Positions 49,796-59,559 of a DNA stretch of 64,000 bases are shown here, in pieces. The DNA is taken from the sequence record OP557970.1. One strand, given 5' to 3'. The notes under the pieces are model-generated. The model worked only from the letters and a program-made list of their open reading frames with translations, ran no database searches and was not told where the DNA came from. A program made the position numbers and the translations under genes. Source of the stretch: Escherichia phage ph0021. Every line of letters starts with the position of its first letter. Within the stretch, counting starts at the first letter, position 1.

Positions 49796-50002
49796 TCATA
49801 ACTGCCACCATTTTTTGACTTGATAAGAATCAACCCACACTTTCATATTAGGGTCTGCTCTTACAATAGGAGGATTAACTTCTTTAATTGAACTATCATG
49901 GTATTCTTTTTCAGAAATTTTCACACAAAGATGACCATTCAAAGATTCAGTAAATCCTGCATTAATTTTAAGACGCTTGAATTTTACGTGTGTAAGCATC
50001 AA
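49796..50002 (-). CDS. hypothetical protein
   Basis: 68 aa. Confidence 0.45.
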   Translation of the reverse strand: MMLTHVKFKRLKINAGFTESLNGHLCVKISEKEYHDSSIKEVNPPIVRADPNMKVWVDSYQVKKWWQL

Positions 50003-50285
50003 TCATATCCTCAATTTGCGATCTAGTAGTCTTCCAAAGAATACTGATGAGTTCATCGTTATATGGCTGTTTTAGAATATCCCGACTTTTCTTGATAGCA
50101 TATTCGTATTGAGCAAAATTATTGTTTTCAGCTGCAATCTGAGCGTGCTTATAAAGACGATTCAGTTCGCGTTTGTTTTTAGACAATAACTTATTTGCTT
50201 TTCTTTCTGCTTCAAGACGGTTCTTTTCTTCAATAGAAGAAATAAGCTTTTCCACTTCATCATTAATTTCGGGTTTATCAGTCAT
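49968..50285 (-). CDS. hypothetical protein
   Basis: 105 aa, helical. Confidence 0.5.
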   Translation of the reverse strand: MTDKPEINDEVEKLISSIEEKNRLEAERKANKLLSKNKRELNRLYKHAQIAAENNNFAQYEYAIKKSRDILKQPYNDELISILWKTTRSQIEDMIDAYTRKIQAS

Positions 50286-50286
50286 A

Positions 50287-50532
50287 TTATTTCTCTAATA
50301 TAAAATAAAAATCATCATCTGTTAAATGATACCGATAGTTTAATTCTACACCATTAGATTTAAAAGCGGTATCATACGGATTTTCTGGATCAATATCAAT
50401 GTCAAGAGCTAAAACTTCCCTGAGATACATTTTAAGTAAATAGGGAATAGCTTCAACTTCAGGTATTTCTTCCAAGAATCCGGAGAGGTTAATCGTTAGC
50501 CTCATATAAAAAATCCAAACTAGGAGAATCAT
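50287..50532 (-). CDS. hypothetical protein
   Basis: 81 aa. Confidence 0.45.
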
Positions 50533-51046
50533 CTACAACACTTTTCTTTTCAGCCCCCGGTGTTCTATAGGTTGATTCTTCGTAATGCGTCATTTTATCG
50601 TAGATGTCTTGAATAAAAGTTTCATCTACTAACGCAACCATATCGTCGTCACGACTGTCATAGACATTGTGAACGAAGTAACTATATTTCTTTGCAACTT
50701 CCTTACGTTCTTTTTTAATACGTTGGACGAATGCATTAAAACAAGCTTGAGTTATATATGCATGTGGGTTTTTATATTTCGTTTCATCAAAATTATGAAG
50801 CCCCTTAATAGAAGCTTCTATACCATCTGCAATCATTTCTTGTTTCCAAGACTGGGTGTATCCTGAAAAGTTGAAACGTTTAGATAAGCCTTCTGCAATA
50901 AGCATAATGGCTAATCCGATAGTATCATTCTGACGAACTACTTTATTTGGGTCTTTATTATTTGCTAATTCTGTTTTCCAATCAATAATAGCTTGTAAAA
51001 GCTCTTTATTGTTTACGTAATTATATTTAGGCTTAGTTTCTGACAT
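50489..51046 (-). CDS. 55: late sigma factor gp55
   Basis: Real start [11 protein letters not shown] (185 aa), matches remembered T4 gp55. Confidence 0.85.
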
Positions 51047-51124
51047 TTTCACCTCTTAGCTCAATTCATAGATCTATTATATCATAATATTTGAAGATCT
51101 ATCTTAAAGCATAGAGGATATCAG

Positions 51125-51394
51125 TTATCTAAGTAAACAGTATGCTTGGAACACTTTCTCCATCATCTTTTTAAATTCATGAATATCTATATAATGACTA
51201 GTTAGATCAGCATGATATAAAAAGTCTAAAAACTTTTCATGTGTACTAACATATTCACTTTCATTTAATTCAGAAACATGGCTTTCCCAATATCCAACAC
51301 CAGTCTTATTTGGGAAAAATGAAATTTTCATGTATTGGTCAACATAGAAAATGCCATAATTTTCAATAGTAATAGAAATATTAATAAATTTCAT
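51125..51394 (-). CDS. hypothetical protein
   Basis: 89 aa. Confidence 0.45.
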   Translation of the reverse strand: MKFINISITIENYGIFYVDQYMKISFFPNKTGVGYWESHVSELNESEYVSTHEKFLDFLYHADLTSHYIDIHEFKKMMEKVFQAYCLLR

Positions 51395-51606
51395 ACATTC
51401 ATCAACTTAGCCGCTTCAAGAGCTGCATCTAGTGAATCAAATTGATCAACATATTCAATCAATTCGCCGTAATTGGCATATAACCACCATTGGCTAAATT
51501 CATACTCAAGGATGAATCCGTTTCCTTCAATTTGAGTTAAACCAATGCCATTTGTATTTACTTCATACCCAGCAAGACGCAAATCGTTAATAAGAGCTTC
51601 GTTCAT
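51391..51606 (-). CDS. hypothetical protein
   Basis: 71 aa. Confidence 0.45.
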   Translation of the reverse strand: MNEALINDLRLAGYEVNTNGIGLTQIEGNGFILEYEFSQWWLYANYGELIEYVDQFDSLDAALEAAKLMNV

Positions 51607-51608
51607 AA

Positions 51609-51935
51609 TTATACCTTAGTAATTTTCAGGTCTGCAAATTTTTTCTTGCGTTGATTTTTCATGCGACGAATAGTTTTATCGGAAATTTCATGCTTTTGAT
51701 AAGCTTTAGATTCTACACCAAAAGCTTTAACATCAAATTCTGACAAGATATATTGAACCAACAATTCACGGATAGTATTACGTCCAATCTTCTGATCATT
51801 CTGTTTCATCATTTGATGAAGCTCTTTTTCCCATTTATCCAAAATTTGAGGAGTTACAATATCGCCTTTTTCTAACAAAGAAACTACTTTATCATATGCG
51901 TAAGAATTGATGGCGTTTTTAATTTGAATAGTCAT
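51609..51935 (-). CDS. hypothetical protein
   Basis: 108 aa, basic C-terminus. Confidence 0.5.
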   Translation of the reverse strand: MTIQIKNAINSYAYDKVVSLLEKGDIVTPQILDKWEKELHQMMKQNDQKIGRNTIRELLVQYILSEFDVKAFGVESKAYQKHEISDKTIRRMKNQRKKKFADLKITKV

Positions 51936-51975
51936 ACATTATCCTCAATTGCATTAAAATTTTATTATCCAAAAA

Positions 51976-51987
51976 GGGCCGAAGCCC
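51976..51987 (-). terminator. GGGC-CGAA-GCCC hairpin
   Basis: Perfect stem flanked by A-run and T-rich sequence. Confidence 0.45.
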
Positions 51988-52188
51988 TTAGCTAAACCGT
52001 TTGGCACCCTTCCAGCCTTCGTACATCATTGCAACTGATAATGACAAAGCTCCTTCGCATGCTGCATACTTATTATTCCAGAACCAATTTAGAAAAACTT
52101 CATCCTCAATACCATTGTGTTTCATGTTCTGGAAAAATTTGGCGCGTTCTTCAGCAATTCGCTGCGATAATTTAGATTCAGGATTCAT
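51988..52188 (-). CDS. hypothetical protein
   Basis: 66 aa. Confidence 0.45.
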   Translation of the reverse strand: MNPESKLSQRIAEERAKFFQNMKHNGIEDEVFLNWFWNNKYAACEGALSLSVAMMYEGWKGAKRFS

Positions 52189-52320
52189 TTAAATTTTCCA
52201 GTTACCATTTTCATCAATAAATTTAATCCAGTCATTTACTGACCACTTGGTCGTATCGCCCTTTGGAGCAACATTTAAAGTATATAATCCCTGTTTAAAA
52301 AGCATGCGTTTGATATTCAT
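52189..52320 (-). CDS. small hypothetical protein (43 aa)
   Basis: Internal ATG with SD GAGGAAAAT; track ORF N-extended. Confidence 0.4.
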   Translation of the reverse strand: MNIKRMLFKQGLYTLNVAPKGDTTKWSVNDWIKFIDENGNWKI

Positions 52321-52327
52321 ATTTTCC

Positions 52328-52621
52328 TCAGCTATAACGATAACACTCGTTTGATTTACGCTTAGCAACTCGTTGAGAAGTATTGTAATCAAAATCATCG
52401 TCAATGTAAACTGATTTTTTCAACTTTCTTACTTCACCACGTAATTGGCGATTTAACTCATCTTTAACTTCTGAATCAATGCCTTTCATTCTACGCCATT
52501 TATCTGAGCGAAAAATGTTTTCAACCATATCTTTATGACTTACACCATCAGGAGCTTTACGCTTTCCGAAATAGTCATAATCACGAACTTTCAAGTCTTT
52601 ACGACGATACGTTTTACCCAT
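52328..52621 (-). CDS. hypothetical protein
   Basis: Probable start MGKTYRRKDL (97 aa), basic. Confidence 0.45.
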   Translation of the reverse strand: MGKTYRRKDLKVRDYDYFGKRKAPDGVSHKDMVENIFRSDKWRRMKGIDSEVKDELNRQLRGEVRKLKKSVYIDDDFDYNTSQRVAKRKSNECYRYS

Positions 52622-52796
52622 GGAGTTTAATTTCCTTAGCAACTGAACTAAATACAGCACGATCACAAATCATCTGTTTATTTAACTTAAGTATAAGATA
52701 ATAAACTTCAAAACCGTTTACATAAGTAACACGAACAACATTACCGTTAATAAGATAATATTGTCCCTTTTTAATTTCTTTATCAACCACAACCAT
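52614..52796 (-). CDS. hypothetical protein
   Basis: 60 aa, first gene after promoter. Confidence 0.45.
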   Translation of the reverse strand: MVVVDKEIKKGQYYLINGNVVRVTYVNGFEVYYLILKLNKQMICDRAVFSSVAKEIKLHG

Positions 52797-52826
52797 ATCA
52801 AATCCTCAAAGGCAATTCATGTGTTA

Positions 52827-52856
52827 ATAATACCACAGTTTGAACTTCTTGTAAAC
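52827..52856 (-). promoter_or_regulatory. T4 early-type promoter (GTTTAC / TATTAT)
   Basis: GTTTAC-18nt-TATTAT. Confidence 0.6.
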
Positions 52857-52937
52857 AACTTTGTGAAAATTATTTTAGGGAATGATAAGAAAGGAACGAT
52901 AGCTTAGAATGGTAATATACAGAATGTGAGAAAGAAA

Positions 52938-52950
52938 GGCCCAGAGGGCC
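52938..52950 (-). terminator. GGCCC-AGA-GGGCC hairpin
   Basis: GC stem just downstream of nrdH stop. Confidence 0.45.
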
Positions 52951-52954
52951 CGTC

Positions 52955-53278
52955 TTAGTCTTCTATGATATCTCTATCATATCCAAGTGAAATGAGAGTT
53001 TCTTTGAAGTGTTTAATGTTCTTTTGTCTAGAATCATTAATGAAAATGACTGGATAACGAATGTTAAGAGATGTGAATCCAGCGCGTTTAGCAAGAGATA
53101 CAATCAGCGGACGATCATACTCAATCTTACCGTTATTTGTAAGAACTTTATAGAAAGTAAAAGGAGCATTGAGCTCCTTTAGAAGTTTTGTAACTGATTG
53201 ACATCCAGGACAACGACCTACTTCATCTGGAATTCCATAGACTTCAATCTTATTCTTTAAGTTCGAGTTTTGTTCCAC
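52955..53278 (-). CDS. nrdH: glutaredoxin-like NrdH
   Basis: CPGC redox motif (GRCPGCQ); start uncertain (possible GTG); track ORF N-extended. Confidence 0.55.
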   Translation of the reverse strand: MEQNSNLKNKIEVYGIPDEVGRCPGCQSVTKLLKELNAPFTFYKVLTNNGKIEYDRPLIVSLAKRAGFTSLNIRYPVIFINDSRQKNIKHFKETLISLGYDRDIIED

Positions 53279-53561
53279 GAGAAATAATTCCTTGGTAAGC
53301 CCAATAAGGAGGATTAACAGAATCCTCACCAGAGTTTTCTTCAGGAAAATAAACCTGGATAACAAATCCAGACTCATCAAAGGTAAAATAAACCGTAGGC
53401 AGTTCACCTAACAAATCGGCACGAGCGTTGATTTCTTCGAGGTCTTGTTCACGTCCAGCCCAAAAACTAGGATTTAGATTACATTCGTAAAAATAATAGT
53501 CATTACCGAACATATCAAACCCATTCCAACTCTCTACCACGTACCGCTCAAAACTAATCAT
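53250..53561 (-). CDS. hypothetical protein
   Basis: 103 aa, acidic. Confidence 0.45.
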   Translation of the reverse strand: MISFERYVVESWNGFDMFGNDYYFYECNLNPSFWAGREQDLEEINARADLLGELPTVYFTFDESGFVIQVYFPEENSGEDSVNPPYWAYQGIISRGTKLELKE

Positions 53562-53563
53562 AA

Positions 53564-53779
53564 TTAAGCCTTTTTATCAAGAACAGAATTCAGTTTGTTA
53601 GTAATTTTATCCAGACGCTCATTGAACTCATTAGAAGATAAGCCCTTTTCTGGAGAAATTAAACTAATAACGAAAAATATAGCAATAAAAGGAATAAGGA
53701 AAATAGCTCCAACTGCCATAAACAGAAAGAATGTTACAGTTGTAAGAAAATCAGCTAAACCTTTACGAAATTTATACAT
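53564..53779 (-). CDS. hypothetical membrane protein
   Basis: 71 aa, one TM segment. Confidence 0.45.
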   Translation of the reverse strand: MYKFRKGLADFLTTVTFFLFMAVGAIFLIPFIAIFFVISLISPEKGLSSNEFNERLDKITNKLNSVLDKKA

Positions 53780-53894
53780 ATTTTACCCTTAATTGATTAA
53801 CCAAGCATTGATAAGCACTAAACTATATTGCGAATAAAATTCTGGACCAAAATGAAAAATCATATCATTTATAGTATCCATAATGTAATTCAAT

Positions 53895-54365
53895 TTAATC
53901 ATGTGTCCACACCCCATCGGTATTTGACCAAAGTCGCTGATTATCTGATCCTCGCCACAGCTTTTTGGTCGGAAGATTTTTCTCATACTTCCCATCAATA
54001 ATAACATCAACATATTTAAGCATTTCTAGTTGTTTAATATCTTCAAACTTATATCCTGTCCACAACCAAATGCTTTTATTGGGATAAAGATTTTTTACTG
54101 TTTGAACCACAGAGTGAATCACATCTCTGTTATCAGGATAAAGAGGGTCACCCCCAGTTATAGTTAATCCTTCTATATAATCATTATTCAAACATTCAAT
54201 TAATTGTTCTAGTGTTTCACCAGTGAATGGAATACCATTTCTAGCATTCCATGTTGATTTATTATAACACCCTTCACATTTATGCAAACAACCTGTAACG
54301 AAAAGAACGGTCCTGCAGCCAGGACCATTAACAAAATCGCAAGGATAAAATCTATCATAATTCAT
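53895..54365 (-). CDS. nrdG: anaerobic ribonucleotide reductase activating protein NrdG
   Basis: 156 aa, radical-SAM CxxxCxxC (CLHKCEGC). Confidence 0.85.
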   Translation of the reverse strand: MNYDRFYPCDFVNGPGCRTVLFVTGCLHKCEGCYNKSTWNARNGIPFTGETLEQLIECLNNDYIEGLTITGGDPLYPDNRDVIHSVVQTVKNLYPNKSIWLWTGYKFEDIKQLEMLKYVDVIIDGKYEKNLPTKKLWRGSDNQRLWSNTDGVWTHD

Positions 54366-56179
54366 TGGTGCTTAACCCTATGCATGATTTCTTTATTTTT
54401 GCCGAGATTAAATCCGCGTTCGTTCGGATTTCCCAAATAACCACATGTTCTTCTTATGGTGTTCATCTTTTTAGGATCAGTTTCTCCACAAATAGAACAA
54501 ACAAATCCGTTTTCAGTAGGAGTCATTTCATGGGTACTTCCGCATGTAAAACACTTATCTACTGGCATATTAACACCAAAATAATCTAAATGCTGTGCAG
54601 CATAATCCCAGACAGCCTCAAGACCTTTTAGGTTATTTTTCATATCAGGAAGTTCAACATAAGAAATGTGACCACCTGTCGCAATGAAATGATATGGGGC
54701 TTCGCGAGAAATCTTTTCAAACGGAGTAATATTTTCTTCTACTGAAACATGGAAACTGTTAGTGTACCATCCTTTATCGGTAACATCTTTTACACTTCCA
54801 TATTTCTCAGTATCAAGTTTACAGAAGCGATAACAAAGGTTTTCAGCAGGAGTCGAATACAAACTAAAAGCAAACCCAGTTCTTTCAGCCCATTGTTTAA
54901 GACGAGCATTCATTTTAGTTAAAATTTCCTGTCCAATATCACGACCGACAAGAATATTCAATTCGTGAATACCAATGTATCCTAAGGACACTGAACTTCT
55001 ACCGTTTTTAAATAACTCAATTATATCATCATCAGGTTTAAGACGAACCCCAAATGCACCTTCTTGGTAAAGAATAGGAGCAACAGTCGCTTTAACTCCT
55101 TTTAAGGAACTAATTCTACACATCAAAGCTTCAAAACATAAATCCATTCGCTCATTGAACAATTCAGTAAATTTCTGTTCATTGAACTGTGTTCCAATAT
55201 AAGAATCCAACGCAATACGAGGAAGATTCAGTGTTACAACACCAAGATTATTACGTCCATCAAGAATTTCATTACCGGTTGAATCTTTCCACGCGCTCAA
55301 GAAACTGCGACAACCCATTGGAGAAACAGGAATAGATGAGCCGGTGATAGCTTTATTGTTCTTAGCTGAAATAATATCAGGATACATCCTTTTGCTTGCA
55401 CACTCTAGAGCAAGCTGCTTAATATCATAGTTCGGATCGTCTTTATAAAGATTAACACCTTCTTCAACGAACATAACAAGCTTAGGGAAAATAGGAGTTA
55501 TCCCATCACGACCAAGACCTTTAATACGATTTTTCAGAATTGCTTTCTGAATCATTCGTTCAGTCCAGTCAGTTCCCGTACCAAATGTAATTGTTACAAA
55601 AGGTGTTTGTCCATTTGAACTAAAGAGAGTATTTACTTCATATTCATAAGCTTGGAATGCATCGTATACGTCTTTTTCTGTTTTAGATTGGGCATAATTC
55701 AATGCATCGGCGATTTGCCATTTTTCTGCATCCTCAATATGTTTTGCATAGGTGCGTTTAACATAAGGAGAAAGTACTTTATCTACATTAGCAAAAGTCG
55801 TTCCGCCATATTGATGGGAAGCAACTTGCGCAGTAATTTGTGCCATAATTGCAGTAGCAACTCCAATTGATTTAGGAGTTTCAATCTGTGCATTACCTAG
55901 CTTAAATCCGTTTTCAAGCATTCCTTTTAAATCTACTAAACAGCAATTAGTAAATGGAAGAGCAGGGGAATAATCAATATCGTGGAAATGGATAATTCCG
56001 CTTTCATGTGCTTTCATAATAAAAGACGGGACCATATTTTTGGCAATGTGTTTAGACACAATACCAGCCATAAGGTCCCGTTGAGTTGGAAAAACACGAG
56101 AATCTTTATTAGCATTCTCGTTTAAAAGGTCTTTATTAGTTTTATGAATCAATCCTTCAATTTCTTTTTCAATTGTCAT
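54362..56179 (-). CDS. nrdD: anaerobic ribonucleoside-triphosphate reductase NrdD, uninterrupted
   Basis: 605 aa continuous ORF, C-terminal glycyl-radical region. Confidence 0.9.
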   Translation of the reverse strand: MTIEKEIEGLIHKTNKDLLNENANKDSRVFPTQRDLMAGIVSKHIAKNMVPSFIMKAHESGIIHFHDIDYSPALPFTNCCLVDLKGMLENGFKLGNAQIETPKSIGVATAIMAQITAQVASHQYGGTTFANVDKVLSPYVKRTYAKHIEDAEKWQIADALNYAQSKTEKDVYDAFQAYEYEVNTLFSSNGQTPFVTITFGTGTDWTERMIQKAILKNRIKGLGRDGITPIFPKLVMFVEEGVNLYKDDPNYDIKQLALECASKRMYPDIISAKNNKAITGSSIPVSPMGCRSFLSAWKDSTGNEILDGRNNLGVVTLNLPRIALDSYIGTQFNEQKFTELFNERMDLCFEALMCRISSLKGVKATVAPILYQEGAFGVRLKPDDDIIELFKNGRSSVSLGYIGIHELNILVGRDIGQEILTKMNARLKQWAERTGFAFSLYSTPAENLCYRFCKLDTEKYGSVKDVTDKGWYTNSFHVSVEENITPFEKISREAPYHFIATGGHISYVELPDMKNNLKGLEAVWDYAAQHLDYFGVNMPVDKCFTCGSTHEMTPTENGFVCSICGETDPKKMNTIRRTCGYLGNPNERGFNLGKNKEIMHRVKHQ

Positions 56180-56649
56180 TTTAAACTCTTTCTAAGCTGC
56201 TTCTTGAATGAAGCTATTAATTGTGTTTTGGTGTCAGATTCATTATATTCAAATCCTCTTTGAAGCATCTCAGCCATCATTTCCTCTTTTCCTAAACGAG
56301 AAAATTCCTTTGATTTATCTCCAACGAAGTTAGGGTGAATATTATTTTGGGTGTAATCGGATTTTAAATAAGTAAGTAAATTTTCTAACCATTCAAGATA
56401 ATCAACCCCTTGTCCCTTTAAGCCAGAACGATTAAATTTATGCTTCATTTGGCCTTCTGCGGCATTACAGAGATTACAAAGCAATCCACGTACCTTTCCT
56501 GCTTTTGGTCCATTTAATTCATGGTCATGATCAAGATGATTAGCTTGAACATCAGGATTTAGTTCTCGTTGGCAAATTAAGCATTTACCGTTTTGCGCAT
56601 CATAAAATTTCTGTTTTTCTTCTTTATATAATTTGCCAGTCAATAACAT
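56176..56649 (-). CDS. 49: endonuclease VII gp49 (Holliday junction resolvase)
   Basis: 157 aa, zinc-binding Cys cluster and H-N-H-like core, matches T4 gp49. Confidence 0.85.
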   Translation of the reverse strand: MLLTGKLYKEEKQKFYDAQNGKCLICQRELNPDVQANHLDHDHELNGPKAGKVRGLLCNLCNAAEGQMKHKFNRSGLKGQGVDYLEWLENLLTYLKSDYTQNNIHPNFVGDKSKEFSRLGKEEMMAEMLQRGFEYNESDTKTQLIASFKKQLRKSLK

Positions 56650-56691
56650 AATAAAACCCTTACCTTAAATAGATAAGGGTATTTATTATTT

Positions 56692-57177
56692 TTAAGTATT
56701 GTAAAACATTTGATTCAATCGCTTATATTGCCGAATCTTTTGGTCAGAAAAAGAAATTTGGGTTTCAAGCCATTCAATATATTCTGCCGCAGCTTGCATC
56801 AAATTTCCTTCATAGCCATCGTTATTTTCTTGTGCAGCTAATTTAGCTAATGCGTATGGAATACGTTCACCTTGAAAATCGGCTTTAGGCTTCTGAACAA
56901 CTTGATTAGTTCTCTCTACAACTTCTTCAATTTCACCATTTTCTACTGATTCAGTATTCCACAAGCACCAATACGTAGTTGGCTTATCGTAGATGTTAAT
57001 AATCTTTCCATCAGAAAGTTCAATTTCAATAATTCCAGTATCAGGTTCTATATCATCTTCACATTCTTTTGCAAGTTCACGAACTTTAAAGACAGTACCT
57101 GCACTAAGTTCCGGCCAGTAATTACATAGCTCTTTATCAGCACGATTAATTCTAAACCACTTATCTACTGTAATCAT
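56692..57177 (-). CDS. pin: protease inhibitor Pin
   Basis: Probable start MITVDKWF giving 161 aa; position after gene 49. Confidence 0.5.
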   Translation of the reverse strand: MITVDKWFRINRADKELCNYWPELSAGTVFKVRELAKECEDDIEPDTGIIEIELSDGKIINIYDKPTTYWCLWNTESVENGEIEEVVERTNQVVQKPKADFQGERIPYALAKLAAQENNDGYEGNLMQAAAEYIEWLETQISFSDQKIRQYKRLNQMFYNT

Positions 57178-57472
57178 GTCCCATCTCCATATCAATTAAG
57201 TCATTTATTGTAGGTTCATTATATACTGTTTCTTCATCAGTGTAAACCGGTTCTTCCGGCTCTGGCTCTACAGTTTCCCATCTAGCCGCCCACCAAGGTT
57301 TAACCCCGAAGCTTATTAAGTTCTTCATAATCAATCCAGGATTCTAATCCTGATGGCAAATCAGATTCAATTTCCCAAAGAAGTTCTTCAATTTTCTGAA
57401 GACGATCTAGTTCTTCGGCTGGAATAGTAACCATTGACGGAGTTCTTGATACACTAATATCGTAAATCATAT

Positions 57473-57688
57473 TTACCCCAATTTAACCATACAATCGCCG
57501 TATTTCCACTTAGAAATAGACTTTTCACCATTAGAATAATAAACTTCGAGTTTAGCACGATTATTTTTAATTTGAATAACCTTGGCTGTCATCAAAGTTC
57601 CATACCCATAATAAACTGCAACTTCATCACCTACATATACCGCGCTTCCGCGGTAATCATGAATATAGTCAGTTCCTTCGAGCATCAT
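57473..57688 (-). CDS. hypothetical protein
   Basis: 71 aa. Confidence 0.45.
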   Translation of the reverse strand: MMLEGTDYIHDYRGSAVYVGDEVAVYYGYGTLMTAKVIQIKNNRAKLEVYYSNGEKSISKWKYGDCMVKLG

Positions 57689-57948
57689 TTAAAATATTCT
57701 CGCAGTTGGTCAAATCCACCAATATGACTTCCATCAGGAGCAAATACCTGGGGCATTGTCAAGCCGATTTGAGTATCACGACCTAGTTTAGTCAGAAGCT
57801 CAGCGATTTTCTCATCATCAAAAACACCTTTTTCCGGCATAATGTTGATAAATTCAAACGGCTGTTTCTTCACGGTCAAAAGACGTTTTGCATTATCACA
57901 ATACACACATTTATGGATGTTGCTATCATAACCATATACTTTAAACAT
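57685..57948 (-). CDS. nrdC: thioredoxin/glutaredoxin NrdC
   Basis: 87 aa with CVYC active site, matches remembered T4 NrdC. Confidence 0.8.
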   Translation of the reverse strand: MFKVYGYDSNIHKCVYCDNAKRLLTVKKQPFEFINIMPEKGVFDDEKIAELLTKLGRDTQIGLTMPQVFAPDGSHIGGFDQLREYFK

Positions 57949-57949
57949 A

Positions 57950-58192
57950 TTATTCCTTAATTCCTAGTACTTGTTTAAAAGTCTCGTCGTAATCAAGACT
58001 TTGGCCCGTTTGTTCTTTATGTTTGTATATAATATCACTTACTTCTGATAGCATATTTTTATATGAACGAGTTAAAGCAGATTTAAGCACGCTGTATCTA
58101 TCAGGAAATTTACCATGTTCATTATAATAAGCTATTGCTAATTCACGGACTGCCTTTTCAGCAGCCTCCATATATTCTTTACGCTTGGTCAT
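57950..58192 (-). CDS. hypothetical protein
   Basis: 80 aa. Confidence 0.45.
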   Translation of the reverse strand: MTKRKEYMEAAEKAVRELAIAYYNEHGKFPDRYSVLKSALTRSYKNMLSEVSDIIYKHKEQTGQSLDYDETFKQVLGIKE

Positions 58193-58194
58193 TT

Positions 58195-58584
58195 TTAATC
58201 CAAAATATTATTAGGCATTGGTTGAACACCCACAAGTTCTTTAAAGAACTCAGTAGAGTCAGGCAATTTAACCATTTCCGGAGCATGCTTACTGAATTTA
58301 TGTTTACATTGACGGCATTTATATTCAAGCTCTGGTTTACGCCAGTTAATCAATTGAACTTGTTCAGTACCGCATTCAGGGCAATTAGGAACGTTTTTAG
58401 AAGCTCTTTCACGCCGTTCAACCATAGCCATAATAGCATCCCATGCTGGAGGTTTAAAATCTAAATCGTCGCAGCCGTGAATCTTTCCACGCATTTCCAA
58501 ATCGTCTTCTTCACCAGCCATAATAATTTTAATTAGACTGGAATTACTTGAAGCTGCAATGTCTTCTAATAAACGCTTTTTCAT
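58195..58584 (-). CDS. hypothetical zinc-ribbon protein
   Basis: 129 aa, CPECG...CRQCKH. Confidence 0.5.
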   Translation of the reverse strand: MKKRLLEDIAASSNSSLIKIIMAGEEDDLEMRGKIHGCDDLDFKPPAWDAIMAMVERRERASKNVPNCPECGTEQVQLINWRKPELEYKCRQCKHKFSKHAPEMVKLPDSTEFFKELVGVQPMPNNILD

Positions 58585-59507
58585 TTCAATACCTCAATAG
58601 CATTACGTAAACCATTTGCTTTGGCGGTTAAAGCCTTAAGAACTTTAGTATGCTCTTCAATTTGTTTTTCAACTTCAATCAAACGGGCATTGAGATATTC
58701 ACGTTCTTCTTTCATAGTATCATTCCCATGATTGGGTTTTGGTGCAGATTTAAATTCACTAGGGTCCTTTAACTTAATAACAAATTTAGTTTCAAACAGT
58801 GAAAGACCATAATTCGTATTATCATCAAATGATTTAACTACATCCATATTAGATAATAACTCATGCAAATTATAAGACAAAGAACTAATAGTTTCATTGT
58901 GTTTATTAGCTTCGCGTGGTTTCATATACGGAAGATTTTTATATATCTCATGCGGAGCACAAATGATAATTGACAAATCAAATTGTCCATTCTGGGACGA
59001 TGGAGTGAATTTAGCCGTAACCCAGTCTTTTACATTCACATTAATAGTACGATTATCACCATGACAAAACAGTCTACGAGAATGCTTAAAAAGCATATTC
59101 ACGTTATTATTGAATTCGTGTGAAAATTCACTGGCAAATTTTTCTTTACTATCTTTAGAAAACCATTCTTCTAAATAAGTTCTTTTCACGTCATTAATAA
59201 TATTAAATGTAACAACATTAGCATTTGATACATTAGTCTCAATGTAGCTTGGATACATAAATTTTTTAACATTATTAACAGCTATCACAGAAGATAGTAA
59301 TCGGGAACGTTTGAACCACTCGAGCAAAGAACCAAGAGAATGTGAATACGCATTTTGTGTATCTTTACAAATATGGTTTTCCCATCCAATATAGTCTAAA
59401 AAATCACGAAGAATATTATTGATTACTGCTCTGTGTCCTATCTGATAATTACGATGTTTAGTAATAAGACTGTCAAAATAATCAATATAATGTTTACGAG
59501 TTTTCAT
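58581..59507 (-). CDS. hypothetical protein with C-terminal coiled coil
   Basis: 308 aa; C-terminal about 40 aa helical heptad-like segment. Confidence 0.55.
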   Translation of the reverse strand: MKTRKHYIDYFDSLITKHRNYQIGHRAVINNILRDFLDYIGWENHICKDTQNAYSHSLGSLLEWFKRSRLLSSVIAVNNVKKFMYPSYIETNVSNANVVTFNIINDVKRTYLEEWFSKDSKEKFASEFSHEFNNNVNMLFKHSRRLFCHGDNRTINVNVKDWVTAKFTPSSQNGQFDLSIIICAPHEIYKNLPYMKPREANKHNETISSLSYNLHELLSNMDVVKSFDDNTNYGLSLFETKFVIKLKDPSEFKSAPKPNHGNDTMKEEREYLNARLIEVEKQIEEHTKVLKALTAKANGLRNAIEVLK

Positions 59508-59559
59508 GTTCTTCTCACTTGGTTAATGATTTATACTCCGAGCCATCCTTGGCTTTAAA

